Source: Candidatus Poribacteria bacterium (GTDB lineage: Bacteria > Poribacteria > WGA-4E > PCPOR2b). Taken from it: a stretch of 64,000 bases of DNA. The notes below the pieces were generated by a model. The model saw only the letters and a program-made list of their open reading frames with translations, had not been told where the DNA came from and made no database searches. A program made the translations under genes and the position numbers. This document shows, one piece after another, positions 60,659 to 64,000 of this stretch; position 1 is the first letter of the stretch; each line of letters begins with the position of its first letter. Location of the stretch: the NCBI GenBank assembly GCA_965198175.1, contig OZ240245.1, positions 4,672,001 to 4,736,000 of the forward strand. Reading direction: 5' to 3'.

Positions 60659-61741
60659 CTAGCAACTGGCACTGCCTTTAATGAGTTTGTCCAGTTCGCT
60701 CAGGAAATCATCAGTGTCTTCATCCTCGACGTTGACTTCCGGATCAAACGGTAATCTGCCTCGTCCCGGCGCTGGCGGCTCGATTGCCCGATTGTAAATG
60801 ATATCATGTTCGATAAAATCGAGCACAGTCAGATTGGGAAAGAGACGAATATTGCTATTGGGTGAGGTTGTTGGCGATTCGCCAGCGATATAATCAAGAA
60901 ACGCTTCGATGTATTCGAGATAGTGTAGGTGGTATGTACATGCGAAATATTGTTTGATGAAATCGAGATTGCGCTCGCCCGGGTTAACACCGCACATGCG
61001 CGTAGCATAATCGCTTGCTTGTTGTTCTAACTGTTCTTCAGAGATTCGACCGCCGATGTTGGGTGTGATTGCCAACCGGTCTTTGTGAGGGTAACGGAGA
61101 TATTGTGCGATGTAATCGAGATAGTAGAGGTTGCGCTCGTCGCGCGGGTTGATGTCGCACATGCGATCAGCATAATCGCTTGCTTGTTGTTTTAGCTGTT
61201 CTTCAGAGATTCGACCGCCGATGTTGGGTGTAATTGCCGACCGGTCTTCGTGGAGGTAACCGAAATATCGTTCGATGCAATCGAGATAGTAACGGTTGCG
61301 CTCGTGCGGGTTGACGCCGCACATGCGCTCAGTATAATCGTCTGCTTGTTGTTCTAGCTGTTCTCCAGAGGTATAACAGCCTTTGATGTAATCGAGATTG
61401 ATTATTGGGGGTATTCGGATCATCCGTATCAACCGAAGGTGCCGACGCAAGAAACTCAAATCGACATCGTACAAATTCGCTAGATGTTCAATGCTTCTAC
61501 AGTGTGTATTGAGTGAGAGTGGGTAAGCACGGGATGGCGTTCGGACACGGTAGCAGCAGTGAAAACGTTCTTCGTTGCTGGGAAACCATGGCGGCAGTCC
61601 GTCCCTGACATATTCCTTGAAGCTGCCGGATGGTTCTTCTTGTCGGTAGAGCCTCCTGAGATATGCCACGATGCACCTGTCAAGTCGCTCACGTCGTTTC
61701 GGTGACAATCGTTTCCAACGATAGGGCATGGGTGTCGTCAT
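60659..61741 (-). CDS. Hypothetical protein with about 2.5 internal 54-55 aa repeats
   Basis: EQL.QQA.DY..RMC..NP.ERN occurs three times; ATG 61741 after AAGGGG. Confidence 0.7.
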   Translation of the reverse strand: MTTPMPYRWKRLSPKRRERLDRCIVAYLRRLYRQEEPSGSFKEYVRDGLPPWFPSNEERFHCCYRVRTPSRAYPLSLNTHCRSIEHLANLYDVDLSFLRRHLRLIRMIRIPPIINLDYIKGCYTSGEQLEQQADDYTERMCGVNPHERNRYYLDCIERYFGYLHEDRSAITPNIGGRISEEQLKQQASDYADRMCDINPRDERNLYYLDYIAQYLRYPHKDRLAITPNIGGRISEEQLEQQASDYATRMCGVNPGERNLDFIKQYFACTYHLHYLEYIEAFLDYIAGESPTTSPNSNIRLFPNLTVLDFIEHDIIYNRAIEPPAPGRGRLPFDPEVNVEDEDTDDFLSELDKLIKGSASC

Positions 61742-62321
61742 GTCGTAAATCCCCCTTGAAAATGAAAAGGTTTTGGGGTGTAACAAACGCACGTGGAAGA
61801 ATCTAGACGGCAAAAATGGGAAATCGGCGGGGCTCAGTATCGATGGTACTCAGTCTCGGAAAAGGTCGATCCCTGAACTGGGTACCCTTGGAATCTCGTA
61901 ATCTGTATCCAAGTAAACCTACACAGAAAAAATTAAATTTTTTTATGTAATTTTATCAACTCGAGGGCCGTAATCATTTTCTCCATCTGTGCCCTTGAGA
62001 AAACCACAACACACAAGAAGATATAGAAGTCCTATGATTGGAATCAATGCCATCAGGACATACACACCAGACCGATTTGTGTCATGTAAACGTTTTACGG
62101 TTGCAGCAAGACCTACGAAAAATGATGCCCATATCGGAACCTACAAGCATATAATAATTCGAGAGTTTTCACGTAAAGATAGATAAAGCCATTTACTGAT
62201 AGCGGGAACATCTTCAGAGGGATGGCAAAGCAGACCACAACAGGATCTGATTTTCCCTTTTTCATTGCGTTAGTAGAATTATACCGTAAATTTATCTAAT
62301 AGTTTACACTCTTAATAATTC

Positions 62322-63689
62322 CTACGAGAGAGGGAGACCGAACGGATATTTCAGTTCTTGTCCTCGATTTTCTGCTTTCTGTTCAATATAATCTAACAAC
62401 TCCACAAGCGTATTGAATGATGGGTAGTAAAATCTTTCACCTGTATTACTCTTGACCGAACGAACAGACTTCTTGTATGTGGACGATTCATGCGCCTCAC
62501 GGAAAGTCTTTTTAAGGTCTGTGAAAGCAAAGAAAATAATCTCCACCTCACGATAAAAGCGGAAGGTTGGATAGAATGGATGGGTAGCAAGGTCTTTTAT
62601 CTGTTTAGGGTCTGAGTCGAAAGAAATGAACTTTGTTTCCCCTTTGGCGACTTGAAATCCGCCGATATTTTTACCGTCTTGGTGAATATCCCATCGAGAA
62701 TTCTTCCTACCCCAATAATCTACCTCTACCACTTCAAAATCCAAACGCCCTGGGTTCTTAACGTCGCCCGTGCGTTCTGGTGTTAGAATCGTGCCAAATT
62801 CACGCTGTACCTCCTCAAACGTCATGCTCGTTCCCTTGCTTCGCTTCTCAAGCGCTATCCATTCCTCAAATTCTTGAAGATCCAACACAATCCCGTTGAG
62901 ATAGTTGCATATACCATATCCATAGTCTTTGCGCCAATAACTGTGGATTTTTTCGGCAACCTTCAAGGCGATTCGGAGATCTTGCTTCCCTTCTTCAACT
63001 CGTCCCAAGTAACCCTTTGCAAATCCCCGATCGATGTAAGCAGATCCAATATCATAATTGGATTTGAGGCTAATTGCCGTGTCAAAGTCCTGGATGGCGG
63101 CACTGTGTTCTCCCAAACACGTCTTAGCAATCCCCCGAGATTTGTAGTATTCGGCGTCATCGGGTTTGAAGAGAATCGCCTGCGTAAAGTCGGCGATAGC
63201 GGCAGCATACTGACATAGGTGTACCGCCTTATTAAATCCTCGCAAGTGGTAAGCTTCGGCATAATCCGGTTTTAGTTGGATTGCCTTGTCATAATCGGCG
63301 ATGGCGGCAGTATACTGTCCCGCCAGGTCCTTATCAATCCCCTGCTTGTAGTAGGCATCGGCAACATCAGGCTTTCGCCTTATGGTTTCCTCATCATATT
63401 TCAGGGTAAAAAGAGAAGCCACTGCCATTCCAATGGTAGCAACGTTGACAACAGTCCACATTTCCCGCGTTCCGTGAACGGGAAGAATTGGATTGTAAAT
63501 AGCCGCAGTAACTCCCAAAATCCAAACCCAACCCTGTTTCTTTCGGGTAGAAGCGTGAATAGCAAGATACACAAACGCTGCACAACACACCCATCTGAGA
63601 AACATATAAAATCCATAGAGAGAGTCAGGATTCAGAGCTAACAATAGCATCGGGATGATAATTGCTTGGGGTATCCAAGTCTTTTTCAC
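62322..63689 (-). CDS. DUF6804-like membrane domain + TPR repeats + unknown C-terminal domain
   Basis: YGFYMFLRWV..YNPILPVH.TRE.W; TPRs AIADYDKAIQLKPDYAEAY. Confidence 0.75.
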   Translation of the reverse strand: MKKTWIPQAIIIPMLLLALNPDSLYGFYMFLRWVCCAAFVYLAIHASTRKKQGWVWILGVTAAIYNPILPVHGTREMWTVVNVATIGMAVASLFTLKYDEETIRRKPDVADAYYKQGIDKDLAGQYTAAIADYDKAIQLKPDYAEAYHLRGFNKAVHLCQYAAAIADFTQAILFKPDDAEYYKSRGIAKTCLGEHSAAIQDFDTAISLKSNYDIGSAYIDRGFAKGYLGRVEEGKQDLRIALKVAEKIHSYWRKDYGYGICNYLNGIVLDLQEFEEWIALEKRSKGTSMTFEEVQREFGTILTPERTGDVKNPGRLDFEVVEVDYWGRKNSRWDIHQDGKNIGGFQVAKGETKFISFDSDPKQIKDLATHPFYPTFRFYREVEIIFFAFTDLKKTFREAHESSTYKKSVRSVKSNTGERFYYPSFNTLVELLDYIEQKAENRGQELKYPFGLPLS

Positions 63690-63690
63690 A

Positions 63691-63999
63691 TTAATTTCCT
63701 TGCTCAGTCCCTAAAGAATCAATATATTCTCGCCCTCTATCGGTTAAGAAAAGGTAAACCGGTGACACGTTCATCCCAAATATCTCAGCGGAGCTCTTTG
63801 GACTTTTTACTTCTACATACCCAAGGTCCAAGATGCGATTAATTAGAATCATCATAAATGATGGAAATTGCACCCTTTCTCCTGTATTTTTGTGCAATGT
63901 TAAGAGGATGTCAACTTCTAATAGGCTGAATCTGTCATGTGCGTAACGAAGATTAGCTTTATAGATTCTTAGAGAGTTTTTATCGATTTCACCCCTATG
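63691..63999 (-). CDS. C-terminal part of a probable HNH endonuclease (runs off the window)
   Basis: Frame is open to the window edge: HRGEIDKNSLRIYKANLR...LTDRGREYI. This resembles, from memory, the segment following CxxCH in one HNH family. Confidence 0.5.
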   Translation of the reverse strand, partial: HRGEIDKNSLRIYKANLRYAHDRFSLLEVDILLTLHKNTGERVQFPSFMMILINRILDLGYVEVKSPKSSAEIFGMNVSPVYLFLTDRGREYIDSLGTEQGN

Positions 64000-64000
64000 G

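Noticed and set aside
6612..63641. Many short antisense or alternate-frame ORFs in the track
   Set aside because: They are shadows of well-supported genes.

Overview
A 64 kb bacterial chromosomal window, most likely from Candidatus Poribacteria. That assignment is inferred from secreted LamG/concanavalin-like proteins ending in a [AS]V-x(3-4)-K-x-[AT]TTW[GA]-x-[LI]K tail and from GTAG-type REP elements. Housekeeping blocks include purF/purM, alr, rph-rdgB, bioA, fabV, a phosphohexomutase and trpBA. They are interleaved with accessory DNA. The left end has a partly decayed toxin-antitoxin cluster and a TonB receptor plus lipoprotein. The middle has a four-copy LamG array with hypervariable loops, a conserved structured leader and an 8-bp tandem repeat at its promoter, a decayed homocysteine methyltransferase/MTHFR gene, and an unassigned catabolic cluster with non-canonical active-site motifs. 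The right end is an island with duplicated HEAT genes, a truncated IS1595, repeat proteins and an HNH fragment. The best candidates for undescribed biology are the shared C-terminal tail with the diversified LamG array, a ferredoxin-membrane-Hsp20-like fusion, and an orphan FliG-like gene coupled to purM. I saw no rRNA, tRNA or CRISPR array. All family calls are by eye from motifs; no searches were run.
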